Shown here piece by piece: positions 43,081 to 53,813 of a stretch of 64,000 bases of DNA (position 1 is the stretch's first letter; every line of letters begins with the position of its first letter). The notes under the pieces are model-generated. The model was not told the DNA's origin, ran no database searches, and worked only from the letters and a program-made list of their open reading frames with translations. The translations under genes and the position numbers were made by a program. This DNA is from an uncultured delta proteobacterium (GTDB taxonomy: Bacteria > Desulfobacterota > Binatia > UBA9968), in NCBI GenBank assembly GCA_963760795.1, contig CAVXEP010000012.1:128001-192000 (forward strand), read 5' to 3'.

Positions 43081-43821
43081 TCAACGCTTGATCGTGCACA
43101 GATGATAAACTTGATACTGCCAATCCAGCGGCCAGAATGGTAAGGCGAACGCTTGGGCCGCGCGCACCGTCCACGCGTACCACGGTCCGCGAAAAATCCA
43201 TGACGGCGAGATCACGTGGAGATCGCGCCAGCGATAGCGCACTCTGAGACCAGCCCTGTCAAAAAGTTCGCGCCACTCAAACAGCGACCTGACGTCTTCC
43301 CGAATGTCGGCTTGCTGCGTTCCCGAATAGAGTCCCAAGCGCAAAGGCAAAAATCCTGCATTCGGTACGAGTAGAATGAATACCGCGTCCGGTTTCGCCA
43401 CTCGGACCATCTCGCGCAGCGCCGCTTGCGGATCTACGAAATGTTCCAAGGCCCCGAGACATGAAACAACGTCAAACTGCCGGTCGCCAAACGGCAATTG
43501 TTCGGCCGCACCGCAATGAAGCTCGGCAGGAGGAAGCGTCTCACGGCATAGGTCGAGGGCTTTTTGGGAAATATCGATGCCGGCGGGAACGGCGCCAAGT
43601 GCGGCAGCGGCGCCAAGCCATTGCCCTGTGCCGCAGGCGACGTCGAGCAACCGCTGGTTTTTCCAGGGTTGAAGCTTCTTGGCCAGCCGCCGGTAGTGCG
43701 CGGGAATTTTCCCCGTCGCGCTGGCATCCGCGTAATAGACCCGATCGTAGAAATCGCGCAGTGCCGCTAGGTTCGGAGGATCTTGAGTTTTTGGTTGCGG
43801 ATTCACGCTATCGGCAATCAC
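43081..43821 (-). CDS. Class I SAM methyltransferase
   Basis: LLDVACGTG, AEQLPF, LGALEHF. Confidence 0.9.
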   Translation of the reverse strand: MIADSVNPQPKTQDPPNLAALRDFYDRVYYADASATGKIPAHYRRLAKKLQPWKNQRLLDVACGTGQWLGAAAALGAVPAGIDISQKALDLCRETLPPAELHCGAAEQLPFGDRQFDVVSCLGALEHFVDPQAALREMVRVAKPDAVFILLVPNAGFLPLRLGLYSGTQQADIREDVRSLFEWRELFDRAGLRVRYRWRDLHVISPSWIFRGPWYAWTVRAAQAFALPFWPLDWQYQVYHLCTIKR

Positions 43822-44705
43822 CCATCGTCCTGGCGCCGCCCGCTCTCCTGGCGCTCCATGCGCAAGAGCGCGATCTGTTCGGAGATCAAACCCAACATGA
43901 AAATAATCACCGCAGTGGTCAAGGCGAACACCGACATGTTGGTGAAACGATTCTGCGTGACGTAAGTGTAAATGTAATTACCAAGGCCGACGACGAAGAA
44001 AAACACACTCACCGGCAAGAAAACCCGAAACGGCGCGAACAACGTGGCGATCTTGGTGATGATCAGCAGGAACAGGATGCCGTCGGTTACCAGGCTGATT
44101 TTACTCTGGCCGGCGCGGTAAAGTGTCTGGATCGGCACATACTTGACGGTCAACCCGGAACGCAGAAAGGCCAGCGTCAATGTCGTCGGGTACGAAAACG
44201 TATTGGGCAGCAAATCGATGAAGCGCAGCGCGTCGCGCCGGCGCATGGCACGAAACCCCGAGGTCAGATCCTCGACCCTAAATCGGGTCACATAGGATGC
44301 CAAGAGATTGTAAACCATGTTGGCCAGGTTGCGGTGTACTCGCAGCTTCGATCCCTTGGCGCGCGCGCCAACCACCATGTGAAAAATGGTCGCCGCGGCT
44401 AACAGTTTGGGAATATCCTCGGGCTTGTGCTGGCCATCGCCGTCCATCAGCACGATGACCTTGCCTTTGGCCGCGCGCATGCCGCTTTTCACCGCCGCGC
44501 CATTACCGATGTTGTAGGGATGGCGCACGACGTTGGCGCCGGCCGCCATGGCGATATCCGCGCTGCCGTCGCTGGAGCCATCATCGACGACGATGATTTC
44601 GCTATCGGTCAACCCGAGGGCGCGAATCTGGCCAAGTAGTTTTTTTAGATTCGCCGCTTCGTTGTAGACGGGAACGATGATTGAGGTTTCGACTGGGTTA
44701 GCCAT
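43818..44705 (-). CDS. GT2, polyprenol-phosphate glycosyltransferase-like
   Basis: VPVYNE, VDDGSSDG, MDGDGQH, DLTSGFRA, two C-terminal TMs. Confidence 0.9.
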   Translation of the reverse strand: MANPVETSIIVPVYNEAANLKKLLGQIRALGLTDSEIIVVDDGSSDGSADIAMAAGANVVRHPYNIGNGAAVKSGMRAAKGKVIVLMDGDGQHKPEDIPKLLAAATIFHMVVGARAKGSKLRVHRNLANMVYNLLASYVTRFRVEDLTSGFRAMRRRDALRFIDLLPNTFSYPTTLTLAFLRSGLTVKYVPIQTLYRAGQSKISLVTDGILFLLIITKIATLFAPFRVFLPVSVFFFVVGLGNYIYTYVTQNRFTNMSVFALTTAVIIFMLGLISEQIALLRMERQESGRRQDDG

Positions 44706-46479
44706 TCAATTGATAGAGTGCGTGGCCGCGCTCACGGAAGTTGAGCCGCAGCCGGCGCGTCGCAAAGTCATTCCATAGGCGGGCTTGATCGGCACTCAGA
44801 TTGTTACTGAGAAAATCTGTCAGGAGATCCTCGCGTAGCATGAGATGGGTGATCTGTTTTCCCCTGAGCGACTGTTCTAACTGTGCGATGTCTTTCGCGT
44901 TACGAATTGCGGCCAAAAGAAATCCGGGAAGTTCACCGCCATCGTGGAAATAGTTTCGCTGGCAATAATACGCTCTCCGGCCGATAAAGAGAAGATAAAT
45001 TTTCGCATGCGCCGGCGTTTCTCGGTTGATATAGCGAAACGTCGGATACTCCGGCAGCGTTCGTGCGAGATAGCCATCGCGGCTCTCCGCGCCAATTAGA
45101 TAAGGCCATGGAGCGGCCGCCGCAACATACTTCCACAGAAATGCGCCATGCCATATCGCGAACAGCGAGAGGCCGGCAAATAAAATCGCCGGCCGCTTGA
45201 TCCGGGCATAAATATTGAACACCCCGTAAACCGCTAAGATCGCCAGCGGCGGGACGATCGACAGCACGTAGCGCACCCGCAGGTCGACCAAGAAGAGCGC
45301 ATAGAGAAGCGACAACAGGGAAAAACTGGCGAGCAATTTCTTGTCCTCCGACCACTTGCCGGTGAAGACCCAGGGCAACAGTAAAATCAACAGCGGCGTC
45401 AACACGCCGTCAAAGTATTGCGGGTTATCGTCCTGGCCGGAAAAAAACAGCCGCAGCGGCAGCGCGACGATCTGCCAGATGTTTTCGCCGTATAAGAGCT
45501 CGCGCTTGTCGAATATGCCGATGCCTGGGAAACTAGCCGCGTCCAAGACGGCGGCGGCCTTCGCGCGGAACAAGCCAGGGAAGAACGGGTAAAATGGATT
45601 GCCGGTTTGCCACCAGTTCTTGAGCAACCAGGGTAAGAACGGCAGTAGCGTCAAGGCGCCCAATAGCGCGGCTTCTTGCATCGATGCGAACAAACTTTGC
45701 CGCGGCGGTTTGGCCAACACCATAGCAAACAGCATGACGATAATCAGCGCCGCCACCAGACCATTGGGCTTGGTAGCCAGAGCGAATCCCAACGACAGTC
45801 CGGCCAAGGCCAGCGCGCCCAAAGCGTTTCTATTTTCCCGCCAGCGCAGCATCAACAACAGCGCCGCGGTGGTGTAAAAAGTAATGCCGAGATCGATATA
45901 GCCCCAGTGGCTGAGCCGCAGGATCACCGGCGTCGACAAAAAGAAAAAGGCGCCGAGCAAACCGTACAGCCCATTCATGCGCCAACCCAGATACGCGTAG
46001 ATCAGCAGCCCGGTGAGCGCGCCGTAGAGCGCGTGAATCCACTTGGGGACAAAATCATAGCCCCAATAAATCCACGGCGTGTAGAGCATGTCGACCAGCA
46101 TTGGATAGTAGGCGTAGGGCGCTAGCGGCACTTCGACGATGCGCCCGGCATCGGCGTAGAGCTTGGGTATCGCCAGATGATGGGTCAACTCATCGCGACT
46201 GGTGGGCGGCAGTAGCCCAAGTAGTCCTTCGGTGAGGAGAATCGCCAGGATCACCAGCCAGATACCGCGCCCGACCCAGTTGGTCTGAGCAAAGGCCGCC
46301 AAGAAGTTCCACAGGAAAAACAGCAGCGCCACTACGAGACCCGCGGCGATAGCGAGATTGAGCACCGGGCTGTGAACCAAACCGGCCAGGCCCGCCAGCA
46401 AGTAAACCGTGCCAGCCCCACCGAGCAGGCAACCGATAACGCAAGTGCGGGTCAGGAGTTGTGCGAAGCGCGCTTCCAT
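44698..46479 (-). CDS. Multi-TM GT-C/ArnT-like membrane glycosyltransferase
   Basis: DELTHHLAIPK, many TMs, KNWWQTGNPFYPF. Confidence 0.75.
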   Translation of the reverse strand: MEARFAQLLTRTCVIGCLLGGAGTVYLLAGLAGLVHSPVLNLAIAAGLVVALLFFLWNFLAAFAQTNWVGRGIWLVILAILLTEGLLGLLPPTSRDELTHHLAIPKLYADAGRIVEVPLAPYAYYPMLVDMLYTPWIYWGYDFVPKWIHALYGALTGLLIYAYLGWRMNGLYGLLGAFFFLSTPVILRLSHWGYIDLGITFYTTAALLLMLRWRENRNALGALALAGLSLGFALATKPNGLVAALIIVMLFAMVLAKPPRQSLFASMQEAALLGALTLLPFLPWLLKNWWQTGNPFYPFFPGLFRAKAAAVLDAASFPGIGIFDKRELLYGENIWQIVALPLRLFFSGQDDNPQYFDGVLTPLLILLLPWVFTGKWSEDKKLLASFSLLSLLYALFLVDLRVRYVLSIVPPLAILAVYGVFNIYARIKRPAILFAGLSLFAIWHGAFLWKYVAAAAPWPYLIGAESRDGYLARTLPEYPTFRYINRETPAHAKIYLLFIGRRAYYCQRNYFHDGGELPGFLLAAIRNAKDIAQLEQSLRGKQITHLMLREDLLTDFLSNNLSADQARLWNDFATRRLRLNFRERGHALYQLNG

Positions 46480-46702
46480 CAGAATACCTTGCCACCCTGG
46501 TGACTCTCGGCCGGCATAGCGCAAGCCACTGCACCTAGCCGCGCTTGGGAAACATTAGCGCCGGTCATCAATGAGAGCGGAGCAAACAAAATGATTTTCA
46601 GTAATCGCCGGAGTGGACAATGAATTAGCTTGTCTCCGCCCGGTTGGCGCTGGCGGCTCCCGCCATCGCCAACCGGGCAGAAATTTTTTGCGGGCAGAGT
46701 TA

Positions 46703-46942
46703 CTAAACGATAACCGCAACCGCGGCGCCGAATTTGATAAAGTCGCCCTCTTTGGCGCTTACCTCACCCAGCGTGCCATCCGCCGGCGCTTCGATCTCGA
46801 CGTTGACTTTGTCGGTTTCGACTTCGAGCAGCGCTTCGCCCTTTTTCACCGCTGCACCAGAGGTCTTGATCCAGCGCAGGATTCTCACCTCGTCGCTCTC
46901 GTCGCTGGAACCCAAACGCGGCACGATTACGTCGGTCTTCAT
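46703..46942 (-). CDS. Stand-alone lipoyl-domain protein
   Basis: LLEVETDKVNVEIEAPADG with lipoyl lysine. Confidence 0.88.
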   Translation of the reverse strand: MKTDVIVPRLGSSDESDEVRILRWIKTSGAAVKKGEALLEVETDKVNVEIEAPADGTLGEVSAKEGDFIKFGAAVAVIV

Positions 46943-46950
46943 GCCGGATC

Positions 46951-47553
46951 CTACAGAGATGGCGCGTCGAAGCTGTCGGCCAAGGATTTGAGCTTTAACG
47001 TCTGGCGCATGTTTTCGAGAAACGCGTGGACGTTTTTATACTGCGCCGGGACATCGTATTTCACCGCGGTATACAGATAATGCAGCTCCGAGAAGATCGA
47101 GATGTCGGCAAGGGTCATCTTGTTGTCGAAGATGAATTTCTTGCCGGCATACATCTGGTCCAGGGTTTTGAAGTGGCTATCCCACTCGGCCTCGGCTTTT
47201 TGCTTAGCTTCTGGATTATCGGCGCGCCGCATGGCGTGATTGGCGTGTATCAAAACTTCGTCGGACCAGTCTTCGATCGCCAGGCAAAGCCCCTTGTTAT
47301 TGGCGCCTTCTGGATAAATGCTGTTCTGCGGATGATCCTTTTCCAGCCGCGCTGAGATCACCGTCGAGTCGATCACACACTCGCCGTTGTAATTGACCGT
47401 CGGCACTTTGCGCTGATTAGTGTATTCGAGCAACGACTTGCGCTCGTCGGCACGCACATCAATGACCTCGTAGGGCACCTTCTTCAGCGCAAAGACCACC
47501 CGGACCTTTTCGCAAAACATCGAGGTTTGAGAATTGAACAATTTGATCGCCAT
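46951..47553 (-). CDS. Glutathione S-transferase family protein
   Basis: SMFCEKVR, KVP, DSTVI, TLADI. Confidence 0.85.
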   Translation of the reverse strand: MAIKLFNSQTSMFCEKVRVVFALKKVPYEVIDVRADERKSLLEYTNQRKVPTVNYNGECVIDSTVISARLEKDHPQNSIYPEGANNKGLCLAIEDWSDEVLIHANHAMRRADNPEAKQKAEAEWDSHFKTLDQMYAGKKFIFDNKMTLADISIFSELHYLYTAVKYDVPAQYKNVHAFLENMRQTLKLKSLADSFDAPSL

Positions 47554-47770
47554 GGTTTCGATCCTCCCTTAGTGTAATCGTAAACAATTTGAACGGTTGA
47601 AATCACTAATGCGGCAACCCCGAACGTAGGCCGGCGTCGCTTATGTATAGTAAGCCATGCATCAAATCAGACCAATTCTCAACCCCGCGGCGGCCGCCGT
47701 CATTGACCTTAGCGGAGTTCGTGAGTATTCTACTGCCAACCGCGAAGGTAAGTTTACACGAGGATCAAAG

Positions 47771-47983
47771 ATGGCGAAGTACCTACACTGTAGCGAGTGC
47801 GGCAAGCTGGCTTTTTATTATGACGACTTTGTCGGCACCGAAAAGCCTTTCTACAAACGCTTCATGCGCTACCCCGAAGGCGAAACCAAGCATGAACCGC
47901 CGCGCTGCTTCAACTGTGGCGGCGTCCCGCGCTTGATCCACGACAATATCAAGGAAGAAAAAGCCGCTGCGGCTAAGCACTAA
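47771..47983 (+). CDS. Small double-CxxC protein
   Basis: GAGGA RBS; CSECG...CFNCG; downstream hairpin. Confidence 0.65.
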   Translation: MAKYLHCSECGKLAFYYDDFVGTEKPFYKRFMRYPEGETKHEPPRCFNCGGVPRLIHDNIKEEKAAAAKH

Positions 47984-48068
47984 TTAGCCGGCAAGTTTCC
48001 CAGCTCTCGCCGGAAATCATTACCGGCGCGAGTTTCAACAATTTCCTGTAATAATCACTGCCCGGGGC

Positions 48069-48386
48069 TCAACTTCGCGCACTGATCGCCTTCAAGTGCT
48101 CCTGCACGACTTCACTAGGACACAGACGGAGAAATAATTTTAAGCCGCCGAGGATAACCGCAAGGTCGTCCAGCTGACCGACCCCGATAAGGAAATCCGG
48201 CAGCAGATCGGTTGGCAAGATGACATAGGCCAAGATGCCGGCGACCACCAGTTTGGCGCTGGCAGAAACCCTTGGGTCATTGATCAAGCGTGAAAACAGT
48301 TTCACAAAGCTCGGCAGATGGGTGAGCAGCTGAAAGAATTTGCCCCAGCCCAACTGCCGGATGATTCGTGTTGGTTTCACTGCCAT
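48069..48386 (-). CDS. DUF1232/YkvA family protein
   Basis: DPRV, YVILPTDLLPDF, GQLDD. Confidence 0.88.
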   Translation of the reverse strand: MAVKPTRIIRQLGWGKFFQLLTHLPSFVKLFSRLINDPRVSASAKLVVAGILAYVILPTDLLPDFLIGVGQLDDLAVILGGLKLFLRLCPSEVVQEHLKAISARS

Positions 48387-48431
48387 GGCTTAGATCCTCC
48401 GCCAACGTAACAGACGCCGGCGCACCCATGC

Positions 48432-49000
48432 CTATTCACGCGCGCGCTGACATGCCAGTCGATCCAAGTCTAGTGCTTGTCCAAGACTGGCGCGCCGCGG
48501 GCGAACAACCCGATCACACCCTGGCGAACGTCTTTTCTCAGCACCATCATACCTAGGGCCAAGATAATATAGAGAATCGAATAGTAGAAACGAAACTGCG
48601 GATCGGGAAAAAACAGCTGAGTCGCAAACAACATATGACACAGCCTCGCCGAGGCTAAACTTGAGATTGGCCAAGATCACCACGGCAAACAGCGCCTGCG
48701 CCGCGGTCAAAAACATCTCCTCGATTTGCCGCTGGTCCAATTCCATCGGCCCCAAGCGGCCCGCCGACACCATGAACACCACCGGCAGCATGCCAATCAG
48801 CAGAGTCCACTGGTTGACCTTGGAAGAAAGCAGCGCGCCCATGCTGATGCCGGGCTGGGCCTTTCACGCGAACAGAATCGCGACGATGAACTCCGGCGAC
48901 TCCGAAGATGCCGAACGTCCGGCCCGTCGCCAGCAGCCCCTCGGCAAACGGCTCCGCCGCGATGAAAATCGCCACCCCGGAACTCAAAGCCAGCCAATGC
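48432..49000 (-). pseudogene. Na+(H+)/Ca2+ antiporter remnant
   Basis: AEPFAEGL and LLSSKVNQWTLLIG; N-terminal half absent, internal deletions. Confidence 0.7.
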
Positions 49001-49331
49001 GGCGGCGGATGGGCGCGGAGAAATGGACAACCAGCCACTACAAGCAAACCAGCGCTGAAGAGCCGATCCACAGCCAATGCGCCATTGGTTTCCCCCGCGC
49101 GATGATTACAATATCGTCATGAAAATTCCCGATCCTATTTTCATAACCCAGAGGTTAAGTCAATTCGGCAATAAGAAAAATGCCACTGCGGCGCGACCGC
49201 GGGGAAATTCGAACCACCTTGTCAAGGCAAAGTAACAGTTGTCGGTAGGTTAACCCTTACGGCAACCGCCTGCGGTCAGCAGGGGAGCGCCTGCCGATAT
49301 TTCAATAGCAGCGGTACTGAAAGAAGAATTT

Positions 49332-49516
49332 GGTGGTGGCAGCAAGACAGGTAAAGAACGCTCTACACCCCTTCGTTCCGGTTACCTTAGGCGAAAGGCA
49401 AGAACCCACCCGAGGCGCCGCAGAGCAGTGCATTCGGGGCGGGGTGAGATTGGCAGCGTCGAAGACTGAATTGTTCCATTCAGGAGCGTCCGCTTACTGT
49501 TTTCGCAGGTCACACC
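49332..49516 (+). ncRNA. Candidate ~185-nt rod-like structured RNA (6S-like architecture)
   Basis: Nested pairs GGTG/CACC, TGGC/GTCA, AAGACAG/CTGTTTT, ACGCTCT/GGAGCGT, CTTCG/CGAAG; G-U wobbles favour the + strand. Confidence 0.45.
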
Positions 49517-49726
49517 CGGCCGGTATCAGCAAACAGACCAGTATGTTACAGGTGCGAGCGCCCGAATCAGCGCTCGCGGACCGGAGTTCCCACCCCGATC
49601 CCAGAATCGCCGCCGCGCCCAAAAGCTTCGGGACTTAGCTCGCCAGGATTTTGCTAATATCGTCGAATGTCGAGTCCATTTTCAGCTCTCCTCGTTTTCG
49701 CTCGTTGCGCTATTGTGATTACGACT

Positions 49727-50650
49727 TTACTTCTTGACGATCCTGTATCCCTGTCTATCCAGAATGTTGAAGATCTGAATCAACTGATTGGTCGGTTCAT
49801 AGCCTCGATAGGGGAAATAAGTCTGGATGATGGCATTCTTCCATTTCGGATGGCCACTGGTTTCTAGATATTCCCTGCCGTTCAATACCGAGAGCACCAA
49901 TTGTTGCATTTCGCCGGCGAACTTTTCGCTTCTGTTGTCCACCCCCATGATCGCCGATGGCACGGAAAACGTGTCCGTATCGGCGCCAGTCCAACCATAG
50001 TGTTTCTTGCCCAATGGAGTCCGAAGATAGATTTGCTCCAGCACCGCATTGCCTGGCAGGCGGACGAAATGGAATCTGCCGTCTAGTTTTGCAATGAACG
50101 GCACGGGGGCACCGCCGACGAACACAACGGCGTCAAGCATGCCTTGATCCATCTTCTTGACGGCGTCTTCAAACGTGTCGTGGGCCACGTTGGCTTTGAT
50201 ATCGTAGACGGAAAATAACACCGCCGCTGTAAGCGCCGTGCCGCCGCCCTGCACGCCCACCGACACCCTTTTCCCCTCGAGATTGTAGAAGGATTGAATA
50301 TCCTTATCCTTAGCAAGAATATGGATTTCTTCTGGGTACAGATTCAAAACGACTTTGATGCTGTCGAAGACGTCTAAACCCTGCTGTTGTTTGGCGATTT
50401 CGGAAGTAAACCGCAGCGCGTCCAGCTGGACGATGGCCAGGTCGACCTTGCCGGTGCCCAGTAGTTCGATATTTTCGAACGAGCCTTTGGTCGGCATCAC
50501 CTGCAGTTCGATCCTGTCCTTCAGCGCCAAATTCTTGATATCTTGGGCGATCTGAAAATAAGTTCCGTCGCTCGGCCCCGTGGCGATGGTGAACGCCCAG
50601 GACAGCTGTACCCAGAGCAAAGCGATCAACACGCACAGAATTTTATTCAT
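49727..50650 (-). CDS. TAXI-family TRAP solute receptor (no transporter nearby)
   Basis: IATGPSDGTY, GSFENI, LYPEEIHI, GGGT. Confidence 0.88.
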   Translation of the reverse strand: MNKILCVLIALLWVQLSWAFTIATGPSDGTYFQIAQDIKNLALKDRIELQVMPTKGSFENIELLGTGKVDLAIVQLDALRFTSEIAKQQQGLDVFDSIKVVLNLYPEEIHILAKDKDIQSFYNLEGKRVSVGVQGGGTALTAAVLFSVYDIKANVAHDTFEDAVKKMDQGMLDAVVFVGGAPVPFIAKLDGRFHFVRLPGNAVLEQIYLRTPLGKKHYGWTGADTDTFSVPSAIMGVDNRSEKFAGEMQQLVLSVLNGREYLETSGHPKWKNAIIQTYFPYRGYEPTNQLIQIFNILDRQGYRIVKK

Positions 50651-50743
50651 AAGAGTCTCCTTTTCGTCGGGTTAAATGAGCGGTCTTTTCTTGATCGACT
50701 CACGCATGCCGCAAACTTCGCCTAACCATCGGACCTATTGGTT

Positions 50744-51176
50744 TCACTCGACAGGAGCGGCTTCTTTGCAATCGGCCGCCGGAGCCGACGCCGCAGCGGG
50801 AACCGCGTGCCATTCGGTCTGGGGAACAAAGACAGGCTTATCGGGTTGCGATTCAAAGTGCGGCGACATGATGTACACGCCGAATTCATTGAACGCATCC
50901 TGTATTTGCGCGCGCAATTCGGACAAGACCCAGGCGCGATTCTTTTCCTAGCTCTTGAATCGTTTCCGGCGTCCCCTGAGTCGAGTGACCCGAGTGGACG
51001 ATTTTCTCCGCCGCCACGCCGTCGATATGAGCACTCATATACTTCACAACACGGCTCAGCACGTCCCGCAGCAGCGACGCCGAGTACGCTAGCGGATTGC
51101 CCGTGTTGTCTACGAAGTAGCAGAACTCGTAGGCACCGAAGGTCGCGCTATCGTTCATGGCGACTCGTGCCTTCAA
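50744..51176 (-). pseudogene. MscS-type channel C-terminal remnant
   Basis: QIQDAFNEFGVYIMSPHF; no TM region present. Confidence 0.55.
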
Positions 51177-51224
51177 CGCAGCCTATTTCCCCTTCAGCAG
51201 TGCTTCTCTCTTCTGATTGTATCC

Positions 51225-51399
51225 CCCTCCGAAAAGATCCTTTTATCGTACGCGGCCTTAAGGTCCACTAGTTCCTGACCTGTGGTGGTTGTCTTGGTCT
51301 GCTGAATAGTTTCGTCACCGCCGCCGATCGATAGGCAGCCGGACAATGCCCATGACAAGGTCAGCCAACCGACTAGATTTACGATTCCGCGCTTTTCAT
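51225..51399 (-). pseudogene. Degraded SHOCT-like lipoprotein
   Basis: Minus strand LSGCLSIGGG..TTTGQELVDLKAAYDK, out of frame with its ATG. Confidence 0.45.
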
Positions 51400-51611
51400 C
51401 TGTGATACCGTGCTTTTTTTGATGGCAGTTATTGCATTGATTTCATCTTAGTAGTCAGGCGCAGCGACTTGGGCCTGCAGCGAAGCGGCGGCTCCCGCAA
51501 CGCACAGTATCGCTGCGAGTGTGGACGCGAATCGTGCCATATAGGCTCCCGATGTTCCGAAATTGCTGACGAGGCGCATCACACCCTATTTTCAAGAATT
51601 ATTGATGTCCG

Positions 51612-52628
51612 TTACCGTCGTGGTCGCGACCACGTGAGTCCCGGCAGCGTCCGTCTGCCGACAACCGCGCGCCGATTGCAGAAAAGCACAATCGAGACCC
51701 GCAATTTATAAATAAACAATCTTATCCTCTCTGCCGCTCGGAACCGGCGCCGTTGTGATGGGAGAAGGGCGCGGGTAAGCCCCCTGGCTTTTTGCCGTCT
51801 CGTTTCCTCGACAATGACGTCGACGAGGTCGGCGCTTTTTTGTCCGAACAAGCCGGATCCACCATAAGCTTTAAGAAAGAATAACTTCTCCGTACGGGTC
51901 AGAAGACGCCCTAGCGTCCGGTCAAGCTGAGCCAGATTCTTGATCCGGCGCCGGCTGCTAACATAGAAACATTTTTTTAACCCTTGCAAATCGATGACGC
52001 TAAAAAGGCCTTCAACCGGCTCTTGCCCATCGCGAATCAAAATATTCGAAGCATTGAAGTCGTTGTGGTAAATTCGCCTTTGATGCAGCGAACTGAGCAA
52101 ATGCGCCAGCCCCCGCAGAAAAGCCCGTCTTTTGCGGTAACCCTCTGCGCCGCGAAGTAAATTCAGATCCTCACGCCAGAAAGCGTCAACGGTTTTTGCC
52201 CCCGCCACTTCCTCGGAAAAGTACAAGCTTTTAATCAGTATACCCCAGTTTCGGTACTCCACAGCCGCGACAGGTTCGGCTGTGGAGTATCCCTCCTGCA
52301 GGAGAATAACCGCGCCTTTCAGCGAACGCAGCGCCGCTGAGGAAAGAAAGAGAGAGCCGAGGCGATGGCCGGTCGACAGAGCGTTATGCTGTTTGATGTA
52401 AACGGTTTTGGTCCGTCCGCTGATTCGCATCGGTATGAAACCAACTTTGATCTTCCTTTCGCTTTTAATAAGTCGGCATTGTGGCTGGACAAATGGATCC
52501 GGCTGGCTCATCAGCGCTTCGTCAAGAGCGCTGGCACCGAGGGAATAGAATTTCACTGCCGGCACCTCGCGGTGATGGCGAGACAGATTCAAAATTACCT
52601 TTTGTTGGACAGTTGCTGCATAACTCAT
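51612..52628 (-). CDS. LPS kinase (Kdo/WaaP/InaA family)
   Basis: VYIK, IYHNDFNASNIL, IDL, KNLAQLD. Confidence 0.8.
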   Translation of the reverse strand: MSYAATVQQKVILNLSRHHREVPAVKFYSLGASALDEALMSQPDPFVQPQCRLIKSERKIKVGFIPMRISGRTKTVYIKQHNALSTGHRLGSLFLSSAALRSLKGAVILLQEGYSTAEPVAAVEYRNWGILIKSLYFSEEVAGAKTVDAFWREDLNLLRGAEGYRKRRAFLRGLAHLLSSLHQRRIYHNDFNASNILIRDGQEPVEGLFSVIDLQGLKKCFYVSSRRRIKNLAQLDRTLGRLLTRTEKLFFLKAYGGSGLFGQKSADLVDVIVEETRRQKARGLTRALLPSQRRRFRAAERIRLFIYKLRVSIVLFCNRRAVVGRRTLPGLTWSRPRR

Positions 52629-52919
52629 GGCTCGTCGTGTCCGTCCTTCCGTTGTCTAAATTGTCGCTTCCTTGGTTCATGCATCATCGAATTCTCGCGG
52701 CCTCCTTACAGGACTTGTCGGGATCGAATTTGCTCATTGAACTGCCGGTGTCTTCGCGCCGAGGTCCTTTTCATAGACGACACCGGTTCGTGGTTTTTTG
52801 CAGTACCGAGACATTTGTAACTCCTTATCTATCTAAGTACTCTGATCTTGTCGACACCGCGATTAAATCGCCTCGGCCGCTTTCGAGGTAGTCGAGCAGC
52901 GCCTGCCGGTTCGGCGGGA

Positions 52920-53813
52920 TCACGACTTCGAGCCGAACGCCGATGCTCTTGGCAAGAAAGTGGTGCTGGTATTTCGGGTCAACATGCGCAGAACTTTACG
53001 CTTCTTGATCTCGTCAAGATCGGCGAAGTAAGTCTCCTCACCGTCCTGGGTCAACGCATGCTCGACTAGGAAAGCGTCGATGGCGGCCTTAAGATCGGGA
53101 TTGTTGCGGCGCAGGCCCCAAGCGATCGGCTGTTTCTCGACCAACTTGAATGCGCTGCGGATGTTGGGAGCAAAAGCGCTTGCCGCCGCATACAAATCGT
53201 AGTCCGCTACCGTGATCTTTTCCTCGCCCCTCCCGACCTTCTGCAAGAGATCGAAAGTTTGCATGGTTGGCGGCGCGACCTTGAGGCGAATACCCTTGAC
53301 CTTGGCATTGTCCAAAGCCTCCGCGTACGAACTTCCTTCCCGCACCGTCACCTCCCGGCCCGCCAAGTCCGCCAATCCTTGAATCGAGGTATCGGACGCG
53401 TGCACGACGACGAGTTGATCGACGAAACGGATCGGCCGGCTGAAAGCGATCCGCTTGCTGCGCGCCGCGGTGATCGCGAGAGAACCGACGATGACATCGC
53501 CATGCCCGTCATTGAGCTGATCGATAAGATCGTCCTGTTCAGCCACCGAGATAAAGACCGCTGTGACGCCCAGCCGGTTTGCCAACTTTTGCGCCAGAGC
53601 GCGCTCGGCGGCGCGCGGATCGCCGGAGCGCGGCAAATGTTCGGCTTCGCCGTGAATGAGAAAACGGATGGAATTCTTGCTTCGCATCTCCTGATAATCG
53701 CCCTTGAGCAGGTAACTTGGCGCGTCGGCGGCGAAGGCCGCGGTTGCCGAGAAAAAAGCGGCGATGATCGCCCACGATCCATATCTCAGGCCCGCTCGAA
53801 TTAGGTTCAACAT
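52920..53813 (-). pseudogene. MltF-like substrate-binding domain protein, C-terminally truncated
   Basis: GDVIVGSLAIT, VREGSSY, IAWGLR; second domain breaks after DLDEIKKRKVLRMLTRN. Confidence 0.7.

Noticed and set aside
43461-44402. 313-aa plus-strand ORF, and similar ORFs at 128..799, 17950..18783 and 57318..58178
   Set aside because: Shadows of well-supported opposite-strand genes in GC-rich DNA
49140-49640. tmRNA, RNase P RNA, glmS ribozyme or a known riboswitch
   Set aside because: I could not find their hallmark sequences; kept only as an unassigned structured RNA
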